From NCBI GenBank assembly GCA_965223865.1, contig OZ245020.1:576001-640000 (forward strand): 64,000 bases of DNA, read 5' to 3'. This DNA comes from Nitrosarchaeum sp. (GTDB lineage: Archaea; Thermoproteota; Nitrososphaeria; Nitrososphaerales; Nitrosopumilaceae). Below are positions 31,117 to 40,420 of the stretch, piece by piece (position 1 is the first letter of the stretch; the number at the start of each line of letters is the position of its first letter). A model generated the notes under the pieces. The model ran no database searches. It saw nothing but the letters and a program-made list of their open reading frames with translations, and was not told the DNA's origin. The position numbers were made by a program, and so were the translations under genes.

Positions 31117-33429
31117 ATGAGTGCGATTTTACCTGAAAATATTGGTTTTTTTGTCTTAATTGGAGTTGGTCTAATTATGGCATTATCTGTTTTACTTTTG
31201 GTTAAAGCTGAAACAAAATGGTTAGGTACTAGAAAAACATCTGAATGGTTCTATACTGCCGGCAGAACCATCAAAACTGGTTTAATTGCATCCTCTATTG
31301 TATCTGCCTGGACTTGGGCTGCCACTTTATTACAATCTTCTACTGTAACTTATGAATTTGGTTTAGCTGGTTCTTTTTGGTATGCTGCAGGAGCAAGTAT
31401 TCAAGTAATTTTGTTTTCAATTCTTGCAATTGAATTAAAACGAAAAGCTCCAATGACGCATACTTTCCCAGAAATGATTAATGTTCGATTTGGAAAACAA
31501 TCACACAAAGTTTTCTTATTTTTTGCACTTATGACAAATACAATTGTTACTGCAATGTTAGTTTTAGGAGGAGCTGCAGTCATTAATTCTCTTACAGGTG
31601 TTGACATTACTCTAGCTGCCTTTTTAATTCCTGTAGGAATTATTATTTACACAATATTTGGTGGACTAAAAGCAACATTTTTTGCTGAATATCTAAACGC
31701 TGCTTTAATTTTTGTTGTAGTTTTAGTTTTTGTAACAGTAATCTATTTTCTCACTCCTGAAATTGGTGGTATATCAGGCATGTATGAAAAGCTAGCCGCA
31801 GCTTCTATCCTAAAACCAGTCGAAGGCAATGCATTTGGAACTTACCTGACTTTGGCATCTGTTGGTGCATTGATATTTGGTATTATCAATATAGTTGGAA
31901 ACTTTGGAACTATATTCGTTGATCAGTCCTACTGGCAGAGAGCAATTGCTGCAAGACCAAAAGCCGCTACTGGTGGCTTTATCATGGGTGGATTGGCATG
32001 GTTTGCAATTCCTTTTACTTTGGCTACTACCTTAGGACTGGCTGCAATTGCAACTGGAGTTACACTTACTGAAAATGAAATTGGATTAGGATTAGTTGCT
32101 CCCACTGCTGCAGCAAACTTGATGGGAGATGTTGGCGCCATCCTGATTCTAACCGTATTATTTACAGCAGTTACTGCTGCAGGTTCGTCACAACTAGTTA
32201 GTGTGTCGTCTCTTGTAACCTATGATGTATTTCGTACCTATCTAAAACCCTCTTCTTCAGGCCGTGAATTAATGAGAATTTCAAGATTTACAATTCTTGG
32301 TTTTGGAATAGGCATGGGAATTTTAGCATCATTGCTATTTCAATCAGGATTTAGTTTACAATATGTTTATCTCATGATGGGAGTTTTGATTGGTTCTGCA
32401 GTTGCTCCGATTTCATTTTCTATTTTATGGAAAAAGACAAACAAACACTTTGCCACAATAGCTGCAATAGTTGGACTTGTTTGTGGTGTGTCAGCTTGGA
32501 TTGGTTCTGCAGGCTTTTTCTATGATGAAATAACTCTTTCTTCAACTGGTAATATGTTACCTCTTCTAATTGGTAACATTACTTCTATTACTGTTAGTTT
32601 AAGTATCACCATTATTGGAAGTTTGATAAAACCAGAAAACTTTGATTTTGGTCTTATGAAACAGAAAATTCTTGTTGTAGATGATAAGGTGCGATCTATG
32701 CTAAAACATGATACCAATGAGAAGATTCTTCAACAATCTCTAAATTTCTGCAAAAAAGCGGGTTTTTCCATATCTATCTTTTTGGTAATTGTATGGCCTG
32801 CATCATTCTATCTTTCTGAATTTGTTTTTGATGAACAATCTTTTCATCTTTGGGTATGGCTTGCAATAATATGGGCATTAGGTGCAGCTGGAATCATCAT
32901 ACTTCTTCCGTTACTTGAGGCTCGAAAAAGTATTGGTGAAATTTTTCATCGTGTTAATGTTGAATCCGATATGATTACACAACCCGAAAATAACTCCTTA
33001 TCTAAATCGTCTGAAGCTCCTCTATTGAAAATTTTGGTTCCTGTAGACGGTTCGGCTAAATCCCTTAATGCTCTTTATCATGCTAATTATCTTTTAAGGG
33101 GAGCTGTAAAAGTGAGGATTTACCTATTATATGTAATTGAATGGAGTGATGAAAATGAAGAAAATATGGATGAAGAACTTTCAACTCAGATTCAAGAGGA
33201 AGGAAAACTTGTTTTACGAAGTATTGTGGTGCCAAAACAGCTTAATGATTACAAACGTATTGTGAAATTAGGAGACCCGTCTGAAAAAATTGCTGAAGTT
33301 GCAGAAAAACTCAATGTTGATATGATTGTAATGGGGAAAAAGGGAATTGGTAAAACAGATTCTGATTTAGGTCATGTCACTAGAGGCGTATTGAATATTA
33401 GCTCAAAACCGGTTATCTTACTCGATTAA
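31117..33429 (+). CDS. dur3: DUR3-type Na+/H+:urea symporter (SSS family) fused to a C-terminal Usp domain
   Basis: SAWTWAATLLQS, WYAAGA, GNFGTIFVDQSYWQRAIAA; C-terminal KILVPVDGS...DMIVMGKKG...LGHVT Usp motifs. Confidence 0.9.
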   Translation: MSAILPENIGFFVLIGVGLIMALSVLLLVKAETKWLGTRKTSEWFYTAGRTIKTGLIASSIVSAWTWAATLLQSSTVTYEFGLAGSFWYAAGASIQVILFSILAIELKRKAPMTHTFPEMINVRFGKQSHKVFLFFALMTNTIVTAMLVLGGAAVINSLTGVDITLAAFLIPVGIIIYTIFGGLKATFFAEYLNAALIFVVVLVFVTVIYFLTPEIGGISGMYEKLAAASILKPVEGNAFGTYLTLASVGALIFGIINIVGNFGTIFVDQSYWQRAIAARPKAATGGFIMGGLAWFAIPFTLATTLGLAAIATGVTLTENEIGLGLVAPTAAANLMGDVGAILILTVLFTAVTAAGSSQLVSVSSLVTYDVFRTYLKPSSSGRELMRISRFTILGFGIGMGILASLLFQSGFSLQYVYLMMGVLIGSAVAPISFSILWKKTNKHFATIAAIVGLVCGVSAWIGSAGFFYDEITLSSTGNMLPLLIGNITSITVSLSITIIGSLIKPENFDFGLMKQKILVVDDKVRSMLKHDTNEKILQQSLNFCKKAGFSISIFLVIVWPASFYLSEFVFDEQSFHLWVWLAIIWALGAAGIIILLPLLEARKSIGEIFHRVNVESDMITQPENNSLSKSSEAPLLKILVPVDGSAKSLNALYHANYLLRGAVKVRIYLLYVIEWSDENEENMDEELSTQIQEEGKLVLRSIVVPKQLNDYKRIVKLGDPSEKIAEVAEKLNVDMIVMGKKGIGKTDSDLGHVTRGVLNISSKPVILLD

Positions 33430-33448
33430 CATACTTTAGTCATTCATT

Positions 33449-33466
33449 TTAGTCGACGTCGACTAA
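33449..33466. promoter_or_regulatory. Perfect 18-bp palindrome TTAGTCGACGTCGACTAA, candidate protein-binding site
   Basis: Exact self-complementarity; intergenic, ~33 nt upstream of the second dur3 TATA box; near-identical copy at 36926. Confidence 0.75.
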
Positions 33467-33485
33467 CTCATTCGTAATTTCTCAT

Positions 33486-33506
33486 CCGTGTACCACGGTT
33501 ATATAA
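33486..33506 (+). promoter_or_regulatory. Promoter of dur3-2: inverted repeat CCGTG-TAC-CACGG abutting TATA box TTATATAA
   Basis: Inverted repeat at 33486-33498 over the BRE position; TATA at 33499-33506. Confidence 0.55.
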
Positions 33507-33555
33507 AGAAATATTCTGCCTTAATTGCTAAGTAAATTAGATTTTCATTAATTTC

Positions 33556-35553
33556 GTGGATACGAAAAAGTCTACCCTTCTTTTGTTTTCCGTTCTAACA
33601 CTGACCATAGTTTCGTTTGCCAGTAATCCACAAACAGCTGAAGCTGCCGGCGCAATATCTGAAGGCTTCACTCTCGGAGAAGTTCTTGACGAATCCTGGG
33701 GTTGGTTTATTGTAGTTGGCTTGGGTGCCGTCTTTGCCATTGTAATTTCAGCTGAAATCAAAATTGAAGAAAAGTTTCTAGGTGTTGACCAAAGTTCAGA
33801 ATGGTTCAACACTGCAGGAAGAGTTATCAAAACCGGACTGACTGCAGCAGCAATAGTCTCTGCCTGGACTTGGGCTGCCACTTTGCTTCAATCATCAACC
33901 GTAGCGTACCTGTATGGTGTTAGTGGACCATTCTGGTATGCTGCCGGGGCTTCTATTCAGGTATTGTTATTTGGTATTTTGGCAATTGAATTGAAAAGAA
34001 AGGCACCAAATGCCCACACATTTTTAGAAATTATTAGAGCCAGATTTGGAAACGGCTCACACAAGGTTTTCCTTGTTTTTGCACTAATGACTAACATGAT
34101 AGTTACTGCCATGCTCCTTTTGGGAGGTTCTGCAGTAGTAAATGGTCTAACTGGCATGGATATCTCACTTGCTGCATTTTTGATACCAATAGGCGTGATG
34201 ATCTATACTCTGGTTGGTGGACTCAAAGCCACATTTGTTGCTGACTATATGCACACTATAATCATATTTGTTGTAATTCTGACATTTGTTGCTGCAGTTT
34301 ACATGAATTCTGACATTACAGGTGGCGTTGAAGGAATGTATGACAAACTGGTGGAGGCTGCCAGGATAAACCCCGTTGAAGGAAATGCGATGGGTGCATA
34401 TCTTACCATGGCCTCTCTGGGTGGATTGATGTTTGGTATCATCAATATAGTTGGAAACTTTGGTACTGTATTTGTTGACCAGGCGTACTGGCAGAGAGCA
34501 ATTGCTGCAAGACCATCTTCGACTGTAAAGGGATTCTTACTTGGCGGTGCATGTTGGTTTGCCATTCCATTTACTTTGGCTACTACGATGGGACTGACGG
34601 CGGTCGCGCTTGATGTAGATCTCACTCCAGAGCAAGTCCAACTAGGACTGGTAGTTCCAGCTGCAGCTTCAGTATTAATGGGTGAAGTTGGTGCAATCTT
34701 GGTACTAACAATGTTGTTTATGGCAGTAACATCAGCAGGTTCAGCTGAGCTTATTGCGGTATCGTCGCTGATAACTTATGATATTTACCGAACGTACAAG
34801 AATCCAAACGCCAGTGGCAAAACGCTGCTTAAAGTATCGCGTATGAGTATAGTTGGGTTTGGCCTAGGAATGGGCGGACTAGCAGTTATACTACTTGGTG
34901 CAGGATTGAGTCTAGGCTTTGTCTATCTTGCAATGGGTATTCTCATTGGTTCGGCAGTAATTCCTATTGCGATGACCATCTTATGGAAAGGTGCAAACAG
35001 GGTAGCCGCTACCATTGCACCAATCATTGGATTGATGGTATCTCTTACTGTTTGGTTAAGCACAGCAGCATCACTTCCAGCATATGGTGGTGAGATAAAT
35101 CTTGCAAGTCTTGGAGATAACTATTCGATGTTATTTGGAAACATTGCAGGAATATTGACTGGTGGTGCAGTTGTAATATTTGGTAGTTTGGCAAAGAAGC
35201 CCAAATTTGAATGGTCTGACCTTAAAGAAAGAATCACTCTAGTAGAGCAGACCCCCGCTGACATAGATGCAAGAGAGCAAGACGAAGCTGAGCTAAAAAA
35301 GGCCTTCAAGTTCAGTCTTAAAGGTGGAGGTATAATGACTCTCATACTAATCATAGCATGGCCAATGCCATTGTTTGCTGCAGACTACGTGTTTGATATA
35401 GGATTCTACTCATTGTGGGTGATAATCTCAATTGCATGGGTAAGCTTTGCAACCTTCTTCATTGTAGGATTGCCAATAATTGAGGCAAGAAAGGGACTGG
35501 CCCAAGTAATCAGTGGAAAGAAGACCGATTCTAAAGGAGGTACTCCAGCATGA
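33556..35553 (+). CDS. dur3: DUR3-type urea symporter (SSS family) with N-terminal signal-like extension
   Basis: SAWTWAATLLQS, GPFWYAAGA, GNFGTVFVDQAYWQRAIAA; next to urease genes. Confidence 0.92.
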   Translation: MDTKKSTLLLFSVLTLTIVSFASNPQTAEAAGAISEGFTLGEVLDESWGWFIVVGLGAVFAIVISAEIKIEEKFLGVDQSSEWFNTAGRVIKTGLTAAAIVSAWTWAATLLQSSTVAYLYGVSGPFWYAAGASIQVLLFGILAIELKRKAPNAHTFLEIIRARFGNGSHKVFLVFALMTNMIVTAMLLLGGSAVVNGLTGMDISLAAFLIPIGVMIYTLVGGLKATFVADYMHTIIIFVVILTFVAAVYMNSDITGGVEGMYDKLVEAARINPVEGNAMGAYLTMASLGGLMFGIINIVGNFGTVFVDQAYWQRAIAARPSSTVKGFLLGGACWFAIPFTLATTMGLTAVALDVDLTPEQVQLGLVVPAAASVLMGEVGAILVLTMLFMAVTSAGSAELIAVSSLITYDIYRTYKNPNASGKTLLKVSRMSIVGFGLGMGGLAVILLGAGLSLGFVYLAMGILIGSAVIPIAMTILWKGANRVAATIAPIIGLMVSLTVWLSTAASLPAYGGEINLASLGDNYSMLFGNIAGILTGGAVVIFGSLAKKPKFEWSDLKERITLVEQTPADIDAREQDEAELKKAFKFSLKGGGIMTLILIIAWPMPLFAADYVFDIGFYSLWVIISIAWVSFATFFIVGLPIIEARKGLAQVISGKKTDSKGGTPA

Positions 35554-36071
35554 CATCTTGTGCTGGATGTGGCTGTGTCTTAGGTTTCAAGAAATACAAA
35601 TTCCACAAGATGTGGCGTATCCCTGGATATTACTGCAAAAAATGTATGCACACGTTAGGACAAGACTTTGATGATCATGGCAAGTTGACTCTACCCCAGC
35701 GCCCATGTGATCTTTGTAAAGTGGAATTATTCTTCCCAAAGAGAATTACAAAACAAGGCAAAGTACATCGTTACTGTACGGTTTGTCATCAAGCAGTACA
35801 AAGTGGTGCAGTGCCAACAGATCCTAAAGCCAGACACATTCCAAACAAGCTTCCACATGTGATGATGGTATTTGCAGGACTGGGAGTATTGATGATGGCA
35901 TTAGGTTTGATATTTACACTTAGCTCAGGTGGTGAGACAAACATGGTAAACATTATCTTCGGTTCAGTAACAACAGCACTAGGATTTTTGCTATTCAAAA
36001 AGACAATAAAGTCACGCAGTCTGCTTTTAGGAAAGACAAGACAACAACAAGAGACAGAGGCATTGAGGTGA
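35550..36071 (+). CDS. Cys-rich (four CxxC) protein with two C-terminal TM helices
   Basis: CAGC, CKKC, CDLC, CTVC; ATGA overlap with the dur3-2 stop. Confidence 0.8.
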   Translation: MTSCAGCGCVLGFKKYKFHKMWRIPGYYCKKCMHTLGQDFDDHGKLTLPQRPCDLCKVELFFPKRITKQGKVHRYCTVCHQAVQSGAVPTDPKARHIPNKLPHVMMVFAGLGVLMMALGLIFTLSSGGETNMVNIIFGSVTTALGFLLFKKTIKSRSLLLGKTRQQQETEALR

Positions 36072-36075
36072 TAAA

Positions 36076-36399
36076 ATGAAGAGTATCCGTGCAGTAATTC
36101 CAGAGAGAAATTTTGATGCAGTAAATGACGCACTGCATAAAATCGGAGTATCAGGATTAACCGTGTATAACAGCAAAGGCAGAGGCAAAGAGCCACCAAG
36201 ACCTAATCAGATGGGTCACTGGTTTTACTTTTCTGAATTTGGTGATAACAGCTCAATTCTGGTTCTATCCAAGGATGAAGATGTTGGCAAAATTACAGAA
36301 GCAATAAGAGAAAACGCAAATGTTGGAAAAATATTCGTTAGTCAGCTAGAAGAGTTGATAGATATTAAAAACAACACAAGAGGCGAAGAGGCACTTTAA
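36076..36399 (+). CDS. glnB: PII-family nitrogen regulatory protein (divergent)
   Basis: MKSIRAVI, GVSGLTV..SKGRG, GKIFVS, TRGEEAL. Confidence 0.9.
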   Translation: MKSIRAVIPERNFDAVNDALHKIGVSGLTVYNSKGRGKEPPRPNQMGHWFYFSEFGDNSSILVLSKDEDVGKITEAIRENANVGKIFVSQLEELIDIKNNTRGEEAL

Positions 36400-36925
36400 T
36401 TATTCCCCAAAAATACCAATAAAAAACCAGTAATTCATGCGTAGAATCATGTATCATACAAGATACATAGATTAAATCACAATCCTCATCATCTTTGTTC
36501 AATTTCTATTCATGCAAATGAAAAACAAGATTTTTTCTGGGAATGTTATCTACTAACACTTCCATAGTTACTCTTTTAATCTCCTTGAGAAATGAATGGT
36601 ATTTTGGTTTGAAAAATCGCTCTAACAAGTTTTTTTGAACAGCTTCAGACATTCTATTTTTTCTTATTCCCATAACCGCATTATATCCACAAATTATAAG
36701 AAATTGTTCCAAGTCTGTTTTTCCTTTTTTTTGATATTTTCTTTAGTTACTTCATACAATATGTCAAGATTTTTTTCATGATTATTACAGAATTCAATTT
36801 TCTTAGTAACTACATTATCATCAAATTGAAAAAAATATTTGATCTGAATCATCACATTAATTACGTAAATACAAAAAATAGCATTTTATCAAATAAAATG
36901 ATTTAAAGAGAATTGTCTTTTAATT

Positions 36926-36941
36926 TAGTCGATATCGACTA
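36926..36941. promoter_or_regulatory. Perfect 16-bp palindrome TAGTCGATATCGACTA
   Basis: Exact palindrome, 14/16 identical to 33450-33465, intergenic. Confidence 0.75.
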
Positions 36942-37046
36942 GTATCTAGTTAGTCTGTCTGGTTAAATTTCTAGAATAATTTAACATGACAAATAATAAT
37001 TAAACACGATACTTTCTATAGGTTTAATTTTAAAATAAAATAATAC

Positions 37047-37156
37047 ATTTGGAAGCCGATATGAAACTACTTTAACCATCGTCTGGTCAACCGTCTAATG
37101 AAGCAAATGGTTTTACTGGGAAATTCTTGACAAAGCCTCATTATCGGCTTCCAAAT
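37047..37156. ncRNA. Putative structured RNA (or MITE) closed by a perfect 15-bp inverted repeat
   Basis: ATTTGGAAGCCGATA (37047-37061) pairs with TATCGGCTTCCAAAT (37142-37156); inner AACCAT/ATGGTT stem; GC richer than flanks. Confidence 0.45.
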
Positions 37157-37179
37157 ATTCCTCATAAATTTTTAAGATA

Positions 37180-37219
37180 AACATTTTTAGAAAATAAAAA
37201 TTTATTTTCTAAAAATGTT
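37180..37219. repeat. AT-rich inverted repeat, 19-bp arms with 2-nt spacer
   Basis: AACATTTTTAGAAAATAAA-AA-TTTATTTTCTAAAAATGTT. Confidence 0.85.
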
Positions 37220-37362
37220 ATCTCCACGAAAATTATTGAGTTTTCTGATATTGCCATTTATCTTAGTGACGATATTAGAATAATTAGACTACAAAATTTG
37301 TTGTAATAAACTGATAAAATTCTTAATACATTCATTATTGATATTAATTACACGATAAAGAA

Positions 37363-38115
37363 TTGGTTGAAGAAATTATCTCTACAATAACAGATTTCAC
37401 TCCAGCTCTAATATTGGGCTTAGGATTAGTTATTGGAATTGAACATGCATTTGAGCCCGATCATATGGCAGCCATAGGAACTCAAATGATAAAAAAAAAG
37501 ACAAAAAATACTTCAAAGAATCTTTTCAAATCTGCCTTTACTAAATCATCCATACTTGGTGCTTTCTGGGGGGCAGGTCACACCACTACCCTTGTAATAA
37601 TAGGACTATGCGTCTATCTTTTTGCAATAACTATTCAAGATGAGATATTTTCTAGCCTTGAATTTGTTGTAGGGGTAATGTTAGTTACGCTTGGAATTAG
37701 TGCCATTTGGAACAAAAAATTCTTCAAATTTCAACATAGACATCCTCACCATCATGTAGATGGGAATCTCCATTTTGATGTTCATATGCATAATGATGCA
37801 AATCATAAACATGGTCATAAATCCTACATAATTGGCCTAATACACGGATTGGCAGGCAGCGGAAGCCTAGTTACCCTGACAGCAGCTACCTTTGGAAATA
37901 TAGAGATGGCTCTAAGTTTTATTTTGATATTTGGATTTGGCTCTCTAATTGGAATGGTAATTGTCAGTGGATTGATGGGTCTACCATTTGTTTTTGCAAA
38001 TAAGACCAAAAATCTTAACAAAATATTTCGTTACGTTACAGGTGCAATTAGCTTATCTATTGGGTTTAGTGTAATGTTTGATATTGGAATATTGTCTAAT
38101 CTATCTGGATTCTAA
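37363..38115 (+). CDS. Nickel transporter / urease accessory UreH-like (NiCoT-related)
   Basis: HAFEPDH, WGAGH, His-rich loop HRHPHHH...HKHGH, GLIHGLAGS. Confidence 0.88.
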   Translation: MVEEIISTITDFTPALILGLGLVIGIEHAFEPDHMAAIGTQMIKKKTKNTSKNLFKSAFTKSSILGAFWGAGHTTTLVIIGLCVYLFAITIQDEIFSSLEFVVGVMLVTLGISAIWNKKFFKFQHRHPHHHVDGNLHFDVHMHNDANHKHGHKSYIIGLIHGLAGSGSLVTLTAATFGNIEMALSFILIFGFGSLIGMVIVSGLMGLPFVFANKTKNLNKIFRYVTGAISLSIGFSVMFDIGILSNLSGF

Positions 38116-39035
38116 TTTTTTCGTAATTTACTAAATGACGCATTAAGAATCTTTTTCCTACAAACTTTAAGTGTTTCATAAACTGCCTCAAAAATATCTT
38201 CAGTCAAATTTCCTAGTATTCTAACCATTATTCCTGATTCATCTGGGAGAATAGATGTTCCAATTGAGACCTCTAATTTTTTTTTGATTTTACTAATCTC
38301 TTGTTCTAATTCTTGTATGTCTTTTTTTTTCGAAAGGATGTAAATGGTACCAACCACATTATAGTTCCCTAAAATACCGAAGTCATTCAAATTTTGTTTT
38401 TTTGGTTCAATCTTCATATTCTCTAAAAATCTAATTTTTTTATCTTGATTCTTACAATCCAATTTTAGATAACAAATATCATACTCAAAAGATTCTCCCA
38501 TTGCTACTCTTCCAGGAGTTAAAATTTCTGAATAAATCAAAGTAGAATTGTCATGAACTTTTAGATTCACTTTTTGATAATATCTAGAGTTTTTGTAAGG
38601 AATTATCTGGTCAGGAATAAATTCAAGATAACAGTTCTCACCAACTGAAAGATTCACAATCTGTGATGCCGAGTTTGAATTCATGCTGTAAATTCTAGTC
38701 GCACCTTGAGTAGTAATGTGGGCGATTGCCTTGTTTTGCAATGAAATATCAATTCTGTATCTGTCTCCTTGTAAAATTCCTCCAGAAGGTGAAAGGACAT
38801 AGAGATATGCCATTTCTGGAAGTGATTTTTCAGGGTATAATACACGTTGAATTTGTAATGGGACTTGAGAAAATTGGTTTGTAACTACTGTCTTTCCTAA
38901 GATATCTCTTTTCAACTCCAAATCAAGAATGCCTACTTTACCTGATTTTCCAACTTCTAGTTGTTTTACTTTGGAGTTGAAAACCTGAATCTCCTTTGGT
39001 ATGTCATCTGGTGTACAATATTCTAGTTTATTCAA
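38112..39035 (-). CDS. ureD: Urease accessory protein UreD
   Basis: SPSGGILQGD, TTQGATRIY, PDQIIPY, EILTPGRVAMGESF. Confidence 0.95.
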   Translation of the reverse strand: MNKLEYCTPDDIPKEIQVFNSKVKQLEVGKSGKVGILDLELKRDILGKTVVTNQFSQVPLQIQRVLYPEKSLPEMAYLYVLSPSGGILQGDRYRIDISLQNKAIAHITTQGATRIYSMNSNSASQIVNLSVGENCYLEFIPDQIIPYKNSRYYQKVNLKVHDNSTLIYSEILTPGRVAMGESFEYDICYLKLDCKNQDKKIRFLENMKIEPKKQNLNDFGILGNYNVVGTIYILSKKKDIQELEQEISKIKKKLEVSIGTSILPDESGIMVRILGNLTEDIFEAVYETLKVCRKKILNASFSKLRKN

Positions 39036-39038
39036 AAA

Positions 39039-39695
39039 TCATACCTTTTGTGTAATTGCTGATTTTGGTACAGATCCCAATAAAACATCATGAATTATAT
39101 GCTCAGTTACTTTCATTACCCCTTCATCAGTTTTACAGTTAACGAATTCAAATGGTTTATCTTTTCTAATTTTTTGTGCATCAATTCTCATAACTTCCAA
39201 GTCTGCATCCACCATCTCTGCAAGATCAATTTTGTTGATCACTAAAAGATCACAGCTCTCAATTCCTAAACCACCTTTTCTTGGATACTTGTCACCTCCT
39301 GCTACATCAATTATGTAAATAAAATAATCTGCTAAAATGGGACTAAATGTTGTTGTAATGTTGTCACCACCACTTTCGATAATTATTAGATCAAGATCAG
39401 GATGCTCTACTTCCATTTCTTCTATTACTGATAGATTCATGGAAGGGTCTTCTCGAACTGCAGTATGAGGACATCCACCAGTAGCAAGACCTATAACTAA
39501 ATTTTCAGGAAGTAGTCCTCTTTTTGTAGCTAAATTGTTTCTCATTCGGTCTGCATCTTCTTTTGAAATTACATCATTTGATATTATACTTACACTGTAT
39601 CCTTTTTTTGCTAACATCGGAACTAGTCTCTCAATGAGCATACTTTTTCCTGAACCAACAGGCCCACCAATACCAATTCTTGGAATATGAGTCAT
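39039..39695 (-). CDS. ureG: Urease accessory GTPase UreG
   Basis: [34 protein letters not shown]. Confidence 0.97.
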   Translation of the reverse strand: MTHIPRIGIGGPVGSGKSMLIERLVPMLAKKGYSVSIISNDVISKEDADRMRNNLATKRGLLPENLVIGLATGGCPHTAVREDPSMNLSVIEEMEVEHPDLDLIIIESGGDNITTTFSPILADYFIYIIDVAGGDKYPRKGGLGIESCDLLVINKIDLAEMVDADLEVMRIDAQKIRKDKPFEFVNCKTDEGVMKVTEHIIHDVLLGSVPKSAITQKV

Positions 39696-39712
39696 GTAAA
39701 AAAATCCAATTT

Positions 39713-40420
39713 TTACGTAATAAACATTTTAGAATCCATTTTCTCATGTGACATCTGGGTAATGTCTACCTGTGGAGCAAACTGCCACATCTCTGAAAGT
39801 GATTTATTTGAATACTCTTTGATAGTTTGACTGATAATTGGTTTTATGCTGTGAATAATTTTTTGACCTTCAAAATGCTGAATTATTCCTAACCTTAAGG
39901 CAGCACCTACCATACTGACAGTAAAACCATAAAGCATCATCATCATGCTTTTTTCTTTTCTAATCTTTAGTGCATTACAACAAACTGCAAATGCAACAGG
40001 AAATACTCCATACGCTTTTTTTTGTAAAATATTGTTATTATAGTGATTCAAAATTTCATCATCTTTTACAAATTCGGCCACACATTTGACTAATTGAACA
40101 CCTGATCTTATTGAAGCATCCCGAATTTCTTTTATTGATTTTGTAGCAAAGATCAGGCTGTCTGCTTCAATAACTTTGTCATAATCATGATTTTTTGCAC
40201 CCTCAAATGTATTTGAAAGGGCAACACAATCTGATGGTCCTAACTGTTGATTGATGTTTACTGTGATAACTTTAATTAAATCATCCATTACTCTAATTTT
40301 CTTCTCCGCAAATAGATATTCTAATCCATTTGATGTAGCAAAAATACCTGAAGGAAAAAAAGAATCAGATAACTGCATTACTCCTAGTTCTTGTTCTATC
40401 TCATCAATGTTCATGTACAT
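39713..40420 (-). CDS. ureF: Urease accessory protein UreF
   Basis: [10 protein letters not shown]...SNGLE; AALRLG...GQ; [12 protein letters not shown]-terminus. Confidence 0.95.
   Translation of the reverse strand: MYMNIDEIEQELGVMQLSDSFFPSGIFATSNGLEYLFAEKKIRVMDDLIKVITVNINQQLGPSDCVALSNTFEGAKNHDYDKVIEADSLIFATKSIKEIRDASIRSGVQLVKCVAEFVKDDEILNHYNNNILQKKAYGVFPVAFAVCCNALKIRKEKSMMMMLYGFTVSMVGAALRLGIIQHFEGQKIIHSIKPIISQTIKEYSNKSLSEMWQFAPQVDITQMSHEKMDSKMFIT

Noticed and set aside
36506-36712. 68-aa minus-strand ORF in the island spacer
   Set aside because: TTG start and no recognisable motif; at most an unassignable remnant
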